From an uncultured Gemmatimonadales bacterium (GTDB taxonomy: Bacteria > Gemmatimonadota > Gemmatimonadetes > Gemmatimonadales > GWC2-71-9), in contig CAWGED010000006.1 of the NCBI GenBank assembly GCA_963821525.1, forward strand, positions 32,001 to 96,000: a DNA stretch of 64,000 nt, read 5' to 3'. Position numbers and translations under genes: made by a program. Of this stretch, positions 56,567-64,000 are shown piece by piece (within the stretch, counting starts at the first letter, position 1; every line of letters starts with the position of its first letter). The notes beneath the pieces were generated by a model that was given only the letters and a program-made list of their open reading frames with translations, was not told where the DNA came from and did not search any database.

Positions 56567-57435
56567 TGCCAGTAGCTTCAGCGTTCCATCTTCTTCCCGA
56601 GATCGGTGTTTACATCATCGGGATGCACCGGAGCGGCACCTCCGTTACGACCCGCCTGGTGAATCTCTATGGCGTCCAGCTTTGTCTCGACAACGATCTG
56701 TACGCCGGTGTCAAGGGAAATGAGCGCGGTCTCTGGAAGTCAAAATCGCTGGTCCGATTCAATGATTCGCTGCTGCACCAACTGGGGGCGGAGTGGTGGT
56801 GTCCACCGCGGCCCAACCGGGTGTGGCCCCAGCATCCCAGTCTTGAGCAGCCCCTCTCCTTGGGACGCGCTCTATTCCAACGTCTACATCCGACGAAGCA
56901 ATGGGTGTGGAAGGATCCTCGAACCTGTATCACGCTGCCCTTCTGGCTCCGCGCATTGGAGGCGAAACCTGTCGCGGTGTTCGTGCTGCGGCATCCGCTG
57001 GAAATCGCGGCCTCGCTGCTCGCGCGCAACAAGTTCGACCTTGAGCTTTCGCTAGCGCTGTGGGAACGGTACCTGCAACACGCCTTGCCTCACCTGCACG
57101 GGTTGCCGGTCACGGTAGTGCGGTTCGAGGCGCTCCTGAACGACCCGGTTGGCTGCTCTGCCTCCATCGCCGCTTTTCTCGGGCGCCACGGAGTCGCCGT
57201 CGGCCCGTCGCCCGATCCCTCTGCGATACGTGGCTTCGTGGAGCCCTCCCTGCGGCACCACACTACTGAATGGGACAGGTCATCGAGCGGGAGCCTATCC
57301 TCATCGCAACAAGCACTTCATGAGAGGCTGCTCGCTGCCGCCGGCGATCATGACCGGTTCGATGCGGCCTCCCTGCCGGTCGAAACCGTGAAGACCGACA
57401 CCCTCTTCGCCGGACTGCAGCACCGGTACCACTGA
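56566..57435 (+). CDS. PAPS-dependent sulfotransferase
   Basis: Motifs IIGMHRSGTS, GNERG, WKDPR, RHPLEIAASL and VRFEALL. TGATG overlap. Confidence 0.88.
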   Translation: MPVASAFHLLPEIGVYIIGMHRSGTSVTTRLVNLYGVQLCLDNDLYAGVKGNERGLWKSKSLVRFNDSLLHQLGAEWWCPPRPNRVWPQHPSLEQPLSLGRALFQRLHPTKQWVWKDPRTCITLPFWLRALEAKPVAVFVLRHPLEIAASLLARNKFDLELSLALWERYLQHALPHLHGLPVTVVRFEALLNDPVGCSASIAAFLGRHGVAVGPSPDPSAIRGFVEPSLRHHTTEWDRSSSGSLSSSQQALHERLLAAAGDHDRFDAASLPVETVKTDTLFAGLQHRYH

Positions 57436-57470
57436 GGCCTCGGAGCACGGGCCCGATCCGACGGCTCGAG

Positions 57471-58487
57471 GTGTTGCGGGCCCAGTACGAGACTCGGCGC
57501 CCGTCAGCGTCGAGAGGGGTAGATGCCACGTTGGTCGTTATCACTAGAAATGAAGGGCAGGCCCTGCGCCATACTATCGATCGCCTACTCCAAACCGCAC
57601 CAGCCTCCACCGAGGTTGTGGTCGTCGACGACGGGTCGACCGATGGTAGTATCGACTTCCTCACCGCCAGCCATTCCCCGATTCGGCTGGTGCGCTCCAG
57701 TCGACAGCTGGGGATCGCACGGGCCAGGAATCTCGGCGTGCGAGAGGGCAGAGGCGAGCTCATCGTGTTCTGCGACGCCCATCTGGCGCCCGCGAAGGAT
57801 TGGCTCCGCCCCCTCGCCGAGGCGGTTCGTTCACCCGGCGCCGGTGCGGCAGGTCCCTGCCTGGCTTCCTACACCAAACGCAGCGTCAAAGTGTATGGAC
57901 TCCGTTTCGTGGACGACGTGCTCAACGTAAGGTGGCTTCCTCCGCAGCGCACCGAGCCGTATCCGGTTCCTCTTCTCGCAGGATGCGTTCTGGCAATCAG
58001 GCGGGAAGTCTTCAATGAGATCGGTGGCTTCGACGACGGCATGTTCGGCTACGGGTCGGAAGACCTGGAGTTGTGCCTGCGGCTCTGGCGCTCGGGACTC
58101 GACTGCCTGGTCGTACCGGAATCCGAGGTCGCACATCGCTTCCGGGGTGCGGGAACCCGGCACATTGATCAGGAGCTGAGCCTCTTCAACCTGCTCCGGA
58201 TGGGCATCCTGCATCTCGGGGAGCAACGCCTCATTTCGTTTCTGAACGCGCTGCGACGGAACGCTGCCTTTCCCGAAGCCATGGCACGAGTGCTCTCGGG
58301 AGACACCTTTCGTCGGCGGGCGCAGCTGGGCGGAATGATGCAGTTCGATGATGCGTGGTTCTTTGAACGATTCGCGACTCCGATGCCCGGCTCGGTGGAA
58401 TCCAGCAACGGCAAGCATCGCGAGTTCAGCCACAACGGCGCGAAAGTCCGCAGCCGAGGAGGTTCCGATGGGGTACCGGCATCTTAA
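57471..58487 (+). CDS. Second GT-A glycosyltransferase, paralog of 55658..56566
   Basis: Motifs VVDDGSTDG, LGIARARNLG, FCDAH-WLRPL, FDDGMFGYGSEDLELCLRLW and VAHRFR. Confidence 0.88.
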   Translation: MLRAQYETRRPSASRGVDATLVVITRNEGQALRHTIDRLLQTAPASTEVVVVDDGSTDGSIDFLTASHSPIRLVRSSRQLGIARARNLGVREGRGELIVFCDAHLAPAKDWLRPLAEAVRSPGAGAAGPCLASYTKRSVKVYGLRFVDDVLNVRWLPPQRTEPYPVPLLAGCVLAIRREVFNEIGGFDDGMFGYGSEDLELCLRLWRSGLDCLVVPESEVAHRFRGAGTRHIDQELSLFNLLRMGILHLGEQRLISFLNALRRNAAFPEAMARVLSGDTFRRRAQLGGMMQFDDAWFFERFATPMPGSVESSNGKHREFSHNGAKVRSRGGSDGVPAS

Positions 58488-59331
58488 CCGGAATGCGTGG
58501 TCATATCTCGTCGAGCGCCGGGAGGAATCAACCCGCCCCTATGGCCCGGCCGAGTTCAGTCAGGCCCAATACTGGCTGGACTCGAGCGACTGGATTCCAT
58601 GGGAGGAGGTGAACCGGGTGCTCTGCCTCGCCTCGGGTGGCGGCCAGCAGGGTCCGCTCTTCGCATCCCTCGGGCTCGACGTAACCGTGTTCGACCTGAA
58701 CCCGGATCAGCTGCGAACGGACCAACGCACCGCCCGGCGACATGGATTGTCGCTGCACTGTGTTGAAGGAGACATGATGGACCTCTCCCAGCTCCATGGC
58801 GGCGACTTCGACCTCGTCTATCAACCGATCTCCTCTCTCTACGTGCCCGACATCCGGAAGGTCTACCGGGAGATTTACCAGGTGCTGAGACCCGGGGGCT
58901 ACTACTGGGTGGAGCACTGGAATCCGGTGCAGATGCAGCTGTCAGAATCGAAACCCTGGGACGGGGAAGCGTACCGAGTGGTGTACCAGCAGGACACCGG
59001 TCAGCCGCTGGCGTGGGAGATGTCGACCAAGAAAGGCCAGTCGGCCATCTCGTGGAACTACATCCATTCCCTGGAGGCCTTGATCGGAGGGATCTGTGAA
59101 GCTGGAATGGTGATTCTGCAATTCGGAGAGCGCCATGATGGCAACCCGTCGGCTCGCCCCGGCAGCAACGCTCACATGTCGGCCCACATTCCCAGTTTCT
59201 ACTCGGTCTTCGCGGTGAAACCGGGGGCGCAGCCTCGGCGCCGGAAGCCGCGGCCCGGGGCGTTGCGATCAGGGAAGCCGGGTCGCGCGGGAGGCGAAAC
59301 GGGGCCTAACAGGTCACGAAGTGCCGGCTAA
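58468..59331 (+). CDS. Class I SAM-dependent methyltransferase
   Basis: GAGGAGG RBS. Motifs VLCLASGGGQQ, VFDL, EGDM, FDLV and VLRPGG. Confidence 0.9.
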   Translation: MGYRHLNRNAWSYLVERREESTRPYGPAEFSQAQYWLDSSDWIPWEEVNRVLCLASGGGQQGPLFASLGLDVTVFDLNPDQLRTDQRTARRHGLSLHCVEGDMMDLSQLHGGDFDLVYQPISSLYVPDIRKVYREIYQVLRPGGYYWVEHWNPVQMQLSESKPWDGEAYRVVYQQDTGQPLAWEMSTKKGQSAISWNYIHSLEALIGGICEAGMVILQFGERHDGNPSARPGSNAHMSAHIPSFYSVFAVKPGAQPRRRKPRPGALRSGKPGRAGGETGPNRSRSAG

Positions 59332-60115
59332 CCTTCCGTGAAACCGCCTCGCGGCGCTGCGGGGTCGTGATACCATAGCCGAACGCCTGCGCCAGGCGCT
59401 CGATTCCCGTCTCCGCCAGCTCAGCGAGAGCCTGGGGACGAGTCTCCCAGCGCTTGAAATAGGCTTCATTGACGTCCGGGCGAAGTCCCTCGATGGAGAG
59501 TGGCCCCTCCAATCCCAGAAACTCCAGGACCCTTCCGAGCACCTCAGCGGGCCTCTCCACCAGATCCTCATACCGCACGAGGACCACCTTGCGGAGGGCC
59601 GGAGCGTCCTCCAGGAGCAGGCGATGGCAGTGTGCCCAGTGCTGGACCAGCGAAGCGAGACTCGACTTGCTCCATTTGAGTGTCGCCTCGGCAACAGCAA
59701 TCGGGTGCCGGATGATCAAGACGAAGTGAGCTGGCGGGAAGAGCGCTTGGAGCAATCGGGTCCGGAGCAGGTTGGGTGGCGACTTCTCCAGGAGAACCGG
59801 GCGAGATGAATCCCAGTAGGGCAGCCAGGATGCCAGGAGCCGGTCCCGATTGCCGGGAGTACTGAGCGGTGATTCTTCTGTCAGATGCGCGGCTGGCGAG
59901 AATCCAAAGCGTCCCGGACCACCGATCGCGAGCGCGCTGGGAAGAACGTCCTGCAAGTGCTGGCCCTCATCTTCGGGAACCCTGGATCTGCTGAGGCCGC
60001 TGACCGCCGCATGGGAGGCCAACCCGCGAGACAGCATGCTGGTGCCGCTGCGGTGAAGCCCCCCGACAAACACGAATCGGTGGCGACGGACGAACCCGCC
60101 ATCCAGGCGCAACAC
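59306..60115 (-). CDS. Sulfotransferase
   Basis: Motifs FVGGLHRSGTS, EDEGQHLQ, LEKSPPN, RHPIAV and RYEDLV. Confidence 0.88.
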   Translation of the reverse strand: MLRLDGGFVRRHRFVFVGGLHRSGTSMLSRGLASHAAVSGLSRSRVPEDEGQHLQDVLPSALAIGGPGRFGFSPAAHLTEESPLSTPGNRDRLLASWLPYWDSSRPVLLEKSPPNLLRTRLLQALFPPAHFVLIIRHPIAVAEATLKWSKSSLASLVQHWAHCHRLLLEDAPALRKVVLVRYEDLVERPAEVLGRVLEFLGLEGPLSIEGLRPDVNEAYFKRWETRPQALAELAETGIERLAQAFGYGITTPQRREAVSRKVSRHFVTC

Positions 60116-61186
60116 CTAGACGCCTCCCGAAGTGGAGTAGTGAACAAAGAGTCGCCGGAAGTAACGCCGGTAGGCTCCTGCCACCGCTGGCGAGCGGATG
60201 AAAAGCACGTCTTCGTTGTTGGTCTCGGCGCTGGTGGAAAAGTTGTAGCTCCCCGTGATTACCGTGTGATCGTCGAGAATGAAAGTCTTCAGGTGGTGGA
60301 AATCGTTGAGTCCCCCCGGCAGAGTCATGAAAGGATGGGAGCGGACTCCGACAAACCGTTGATCGCCCAGATACCACCAGTACAGGCGGGGATCGGGTGA
60401 TTTCACGAACGCGAGGGCGTCCTTCATGCCGTTGACGTCGAAGATGCCACGGATATCGGCGCCAGGATCCGCGAAACGGGTGAGAGCCTCGCCGATTTCC
60501 GGGTCGCTCAGCTCGAATGCCATCATCCGCACTTTGGTTGCTCGTCCCAGGGCGCTGGCGATTGCGTTCTCGACTTTGGTTCCTGCCGTGGGTTCGAAGA
60601 AGGGCCACAGCCAGGCCCCGGGGACATCGCCAATCCGTCGCCGGCTCAAGGCGATTGGCAGAGCGAGCGCCTGGGTCGGCTCGGCCCAGATCAGGTCGAA
60701 GGCCTGCCCATATCTGCGGGCCAGCTGTTGCGAGTGGACGACGATCCAGTTGTTGTCCTGAAGCTGGAGAGCGCCAGTGGTAAAGTTGCCGGTTCCGGTC
60801 CAGATCGACTTTCGGTCGCGGATGAGGAATTTGTGGTGAAGGTAGGTCTTCGAGGTGCGTCGGATTTTGCGCGAATGCTGGAGGAGGCCGAACTCATCGA
60901 GGGCTGCCTCGGTACCGTTAGGCTTTGGATCGGCCCCGGGCTTGAGCTTCTCGGGCTCCCCAGCATCGAAGGCCACTCGGACGCGGCACCCTTCTCGCAT
61001 CTTCCGGCGCAGGGCGGCGAGAACTTCAAGGTCGCGCAGGTCGTAGATGGCGCAGTCAATCGACCGCTGGGTGGCTGCCACGAAGTCAACCAGGCGACTG
61101 GTCACATCGCCGGTCAAACCGGCCCGCTTCGAGGTGAAGAAGATCCGGATCCCGGGAACGGCGAAGGTATAAAGCGGCTGGCGCAT
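60116..61186 (-). CDS. Phospholipase D superfamily protein (two HKD motifs; nuclease or lipid enzyme)
   Basis: HHKFLIRD...TGTGNFT and HLKTFILD...TGSYNFS-NNE. Stop directly abuts the sulfotransferase start. Confidence 0.88.
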   Translation of the reverse strand: MRQPLYTFAVPGIRIFFTSKRAGLTGDVTSRLVDFVAATQRSIDCAIYDLRDLEVLAALRRKMREGCRVRVAFDAGEPEKLKPGADPKPNGTEAALDEFGLLQHSRKIRRTSKTYLHHKFLIRDRKSIWTGTGNFTTGALQLQDNNWIVVHSQQLARRYGQAFDLIWAEPTQALALPIALSRRRIGDVPGAWLWPFFEPTAGTKVENAIASALGRATKVRMMAFELSDPEIGEALTRFADPGADIRGIFDVNGMKDALAFVKSPDPRLYWWYLGDQRFVGVRSHPFMTLPGGLNDFHHLKTFILDDHTVITGSYNFSTSAETNNEDVLFIRSPAVAGAYRRYFRRLFVHYSTSGGV

Positions 61187-61309
61187 TGATGCCGTCCACG
61201 ATTGGTGCTTGGCGGTAATCTACTGCGAGTACCCGTGCGTTCCAGATGATCGGCCGCTCGCAACGATTGGCACATCCCCCAGTGGGCAAAGGGAAGAAGG
61301 GTGAGGTAT

Positions 61310-61340
61310 TATTGACTTATCAGTCAATATACGCTACTTT
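61310..61340 (+). promoter_or_regulatory. TetR operator overlapping a sigma70-type promoter
   Basis: Perfect inverted repeat TATTGACT-TATC-AGTCAATA (61310-61329). -35 TTGACT (61312-61317), 17-bp spacer, -10 TACTTT (61335-61340). Confidence 0.75.
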
Positions 61341-61346
61341 CTCCCC

Positions 61347-61922
61347 ATGCCTCGCCCCCGTGAATTCGACCCCGACCTCGTCCTCGACCGCGCCGTCGAG
61401 CTCTTCTGGGCCAAAGGCTATGAGGGCACCTCGATCAGCGACCTCGAGGAACACCTCGGCATGGGGAGGCAGAGCCTCTACGGAGCATTCGGAGACAAGC
61501 ACGAGTTGTATGTGAAGGCGATGGACCGCTACGCCTCCTCCCAGTCGTGGACCAGGAAGGATCTGCTCAAGCCCGACGCCGGGGTGGAGGAGATCAGGGA
61601 GTATTTCAAGGGACTCATTTCCGCGGTAACGCAGGAGCCAAGGCGGTCCTGCATGCTGATCAACGCCGCCATCGAGGGCGATTGTGAGCACCCGAAAGTG
61701 GCGGGGCGCTGCACCGACAATCAGCAGAACCTGACCCGCGCCTTTCGCCACGCCCTCGAGGGTGCAATTGCCAAAGGGCAGCTGGACCGGAAGACCGATA
61801 CCAATGCCCTGGCCCTGGCGCTGGTCAGCCAGTCCTTCGGCCTCAACGTGATGGCGCGGAACGGGGCGTCCCCGGCGACCCTGGCCAAGGTGGCCGAAAG
61901 CATCATGCAGGTCTTCAAGTAG
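61347..61922 (+). CDS. TetR/AcrR family regulator (NemR/ComR-like)
   Basis: MPRPREFD-LFWAKGYEGTSISDL-SLYGAFGDKHEL and CMLIN. Confidence 0.92.
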   Translation: MPRPREFDPDLVLDRAVELFWAKGYEGTSISDLEEHLGMGRQSLYGAFGDKHELYVKAMDRYASSQSWTRKDLLKPDAGVEEIREYFKGLISAVTQEPRRSCMLINAAIEGDCEHPKVAGRCTDNQQNLTRAFRHALEGAIAKGQLDRKTDTNALALALVSQSFGLNVMARNGASPATLAKVAESIMQVFK

Positions 61923-61940
61923 CTCTCTTTTTTGAGTTGT

Positions 61941-61960
61941 TATTGACCAGTCGTTCAACA
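61941..61960 (+). promoter_or_regulatory. Second TetR operator
   Basis: TATTGACCAGTCGTTCAACA, same TTGA-n8-TCAA geometry, just before the TAAGGAG RBS of the SDR. Confidence 0.65.
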
Positions 61961-61975
61961 TTAAGGAGTAATGCA

Positions 61976-62734
61976 ATGAGTGGACAGAAGATTCAGGGCA
62001 GCATTGCCCTGGTGACCGGCGCCAATCGAGGGATCGGCAAGGCGATCGTGGAAGCGTTGCTGGAGCGGGGGGCGAAGAAGGTGTACGCCGGCGCCCGGAG
62101 GGTAGAGGCGCTTCAGGACCTTGTGGCTCGGTACAATGGCCGCCTGGTGCCGCTGTCGCTGGATGTGACCGACGTGGTCCAGGTCGGTGAATTGAGCGCC
62201 AAGGCCGGCGACGTGACCCTGGTGATCAACAACGCCGGCGTTGCCGCCGCGGCGATCGGCGCCCAGATCACCGATCCCGCCATTCTCCCGGCCGCCCGCG
62301 CCGAGATTGATGTCAACTACTTCGGGACGCTGTATGTCACCCAGGCGCTGGCACCGGTCCTCGCGAAGAACGGGGGCGGCACCATCGTGAACATCGGCTC
62401 CGTCGCGTCCCTCACGTCCTTTCCGATTCTCGCCTCCTACAGCGCATCGAAGGCGGCATTGCGCTCTCTCACTCAAGCCTCGCGAGCGCACCTGGCCGCT
62501 CAAGGCACGCGGGTGATCGGAGTGTACCCGGGCCCCGTCGACACCGATATGGCCGCGGACATCCCGCTGGAGAAGGCCGCACCATCCAGCGTCGCGGCAA
62601 ACATTCTCGGTGCCGTGGAAGAGGGCATCGAGGAGGTGTATCCCGACCCGATGGCAGTGGAAGTAGGGCGGGAGTTCGAATCCAACCCGATGGGGCTGGC
62701 ACGCCGGATGTCGGGTGCGGTGGCGGTTGCTTAA
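61976..62734 (+). CDS. SDR family oxidoreductase
   Basis: Motifs VTGANRGIG, INNAG, YSASK and PGPVDTDM. Confidence 0.92.
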   Translation: MSGQKIQGSIALVTGANRGIGKAIVEALLERGAKKVYAGARRVEALQDLVARYNGRLVPLSLDVTDVVQVGELSAKAGDVTLVINNAGVAAAAIGAQITDPAILPAARAEIDVNYFGTLYVTQALAPVLAKNGGGTIVNIGSVASLTSFPILASYSASKAALRSLTQASRAHLAAQGTRVIGVYPGPVDTDMAADIPLEKAAPSSVAANILGAVEEGIEEVYPDPMAVEVGREFESNPMGLARRMSGAVAVA

Positions 62735-62749
62735 CCTAATCCCACGGAT

Positions 62750-62985
62750 ACCCCCTTCCCAAGTGCGGGATAGGGAAGGGGGAACGCGTCTGGATGCATC
62801 TGCGAGAAAGCACCGTCATCCCGAGGCGCGAAGCGACGAGGGATCTAGGCTCCTTACCCTGGCATTGGGATAGGACATCTAGATCCCTCGCTGCGCTCGG
62901 AATGACAACTTTCGGTACTACTTGTCGAGGAGCCCTCGGACTCCGTTCCCCCTTCCCAATAGGGAAGGGTGACAGGGTTTTAGGT
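62750..62985. repeat. REP cluster
   Basis: GTCATCCCGAG...GAGGGATCTAG paired with CTAGATCCCTCG...CTCGGAATGAC, plus CCCCTTCCCAATAGGGAAGGG. Confidence 0.8.
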
Positions 62986-64000
62986 CAGGAGCACCCCGAC
63001 TCCCTCAACAGTCCCTGAAACCTCGGCTCCTCCCGCAACCAATCCCAATCCGGATCGGCCTGGAGAAACACGCACCACCCCGAGCGCCGGTCGCAGGCCC
63101 GCTCCCAGAGCCGGAACCCCGCGTCGTAGTCTTCCAGCCCGAAGAGAATCAGCGACTGGAATATCTCCGGCACGTAGCCTCGGGTTGCCAGCTCGCGTAA
63201 CTCAGCGAGAAATGCCCCGGCTTCGGAGCGGCGCCCCAATCTCCCATGGGCAGCACCCGCGTAGGCCAGAAAGATCGGCCGGCGGCCAATGGCCTGCATC
63301 GCCCGCTCTGCAGTGGTGACTAGCTCCTCGAAACTCCTTCGAGCCGACGCGTTTCGCGCCAGCGTCGCGTAGCCTTGGTACGAATCGGGATTCAGCTCGA
63401 GATGGGCGCGGAGCACCTCGGCGGCCTCCTCGAGTCGCCGGGCGTAGTGGAGACACCGGCCCACACTGACCTGGATCGTGACCGATAGCGGATCGGTCAC
63501 CTGAGCCCGGCGAATCACCTGCAGTGCCTCCTCGGCGTGACCCGTGATGCAGAGGAACAAGGCGTACCAGTGCTGGGCCGGACCGCTCGAGCCGAGCGCC
63601 ATGCCTCGATCGTACTCCCGCTGCGCGAGATCCCAGTCCCAATCGTAGATCGTCGCCACGATCCCGCGGGTGAGATGCGCATCCGCTAAGCCGTCGTCCA
63701 GCTCGACGGCCCTCAGTGCCGCGGCCCTCGCAGGCGGAATCGCCTGCTCCGGCGGCAGGACACCAAACTCTTCCAAGCCGAGCATCGCGTAGGCGTATCC
63801 CAGCCAGGCGTGGGCGTGGGCATAGTTGGGATCGAGCTCGAGGGCTTGCTGGAAGAAGGTGAGCGCCTGGGCAAAACCCTGGGGCGTCGCCTCGTCCCAC
63901 GCGTGCCGGCCTCTCAAGTAGAGGTTGTACGCCTCCGGCTTCCGCGGTCTGCGGTGCGACCAGCTGCGGGGGCGTGGTGACGGTGCGGGTGAGGTTGCTC
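62985..64000 (-). CDS. C-terminal TPR region of a larger protein (5' part outside the window)
   Basis: AYNLYLRGR, ALELDPNYAHAHAWLG, YDWDW and DPDWDWLREEPRFQ-LL, typical of kinase- or cyclase-linked TPR proteins. Confidence 0.8.
   Translation of the reverse strand, partial: ATSPAPSPRPRSWSHRRPRKPEAYNLYLRGRHAWDEATPQGFAQALTFFQQALELDPNYAHAHAWLGYAYAMLGLEEFGVLPPEQAIPPARAAALRAVELDDGLADAHLTRGIVATIYDWDWDLAQREYDRGMALGSSGPAQHWYALFLCITGHAEEALQVIRRAQVTDPLSVTIQVSVGRCLHYARRLEEAAEVLRAHLELNPDSYQGYATLARNASARRSFEELVTTAERAMQAIGRRPIFLAYAGAAHGRLGRRSEAGAFLAELRELATRGYVPEIFQSLILFGLEDYDAGFRLWERACDRRSGWCVFLQADPDWDWLREEPRFQGLLRESGCS

Noticed and set aside
1..64000. rRNA, tRNA, IS transposase or integrase genes
   Set aside because: None recognised in the sequence or the ORF track.

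Overview
GC-rich bacterial DNA. The gene mix (UPF0182, Uma2, Bor-like lipoprotein, eukaryote-type Ser/Thr kinase, TPR protein, dense REP palindromes) suggests a Gemmatimonadota-like genome, but this is inference only. Many genes carry isolated 1-bp indels, most likely long-read errors. Layout: (1) 1-3350, a degraded integron-like cassette array with attC sites and no integrase. (2) 3.5-19.3 kb, REP-punctuated genes for vWA, USP, DUF2442, GH63, UPF0182, Uma2, LigC and Prim-PolC. (3) 19.4-35.6 kb, a REP-free, tightly packed operon of two paralogous trypsin-fold proteases, a DUF6603-type beta-rich giant protein and three large uncharacterised proteins. (4) 35.9-43.4 kb, a pseudo-HtrA/HtrA/LuxR trio, a hydrolase-LuxR fusion, SBP56 and a subtilase. 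(5) 43.9-48.7 kb, an ATPase-Ser/Thr kinase fusion, an alpha/beta hydrolase and a degenerate HATPase protein. (6) 49.5-61.2 kb, the most striking locus: a ~510-aa block-repeat protein (GPPP/polyPro, Ser-Pro, His-Pro, Arg-rich) clustered with two glycosyltransferases carrying polypeptide GalNAc-transferase-like motifs, three sulfotransferases, a 2OG-Fe(II) oxygenase, an SDR, a methyltransferase, a PLD and a protease with the same repeat blocks. This is a candidate bacterial mucin/extensin-like glycoprotein maturation system. (7) TetR/SDR with clear operators and a partial TPR gene. Family calls come from motif recognition, not database searches.
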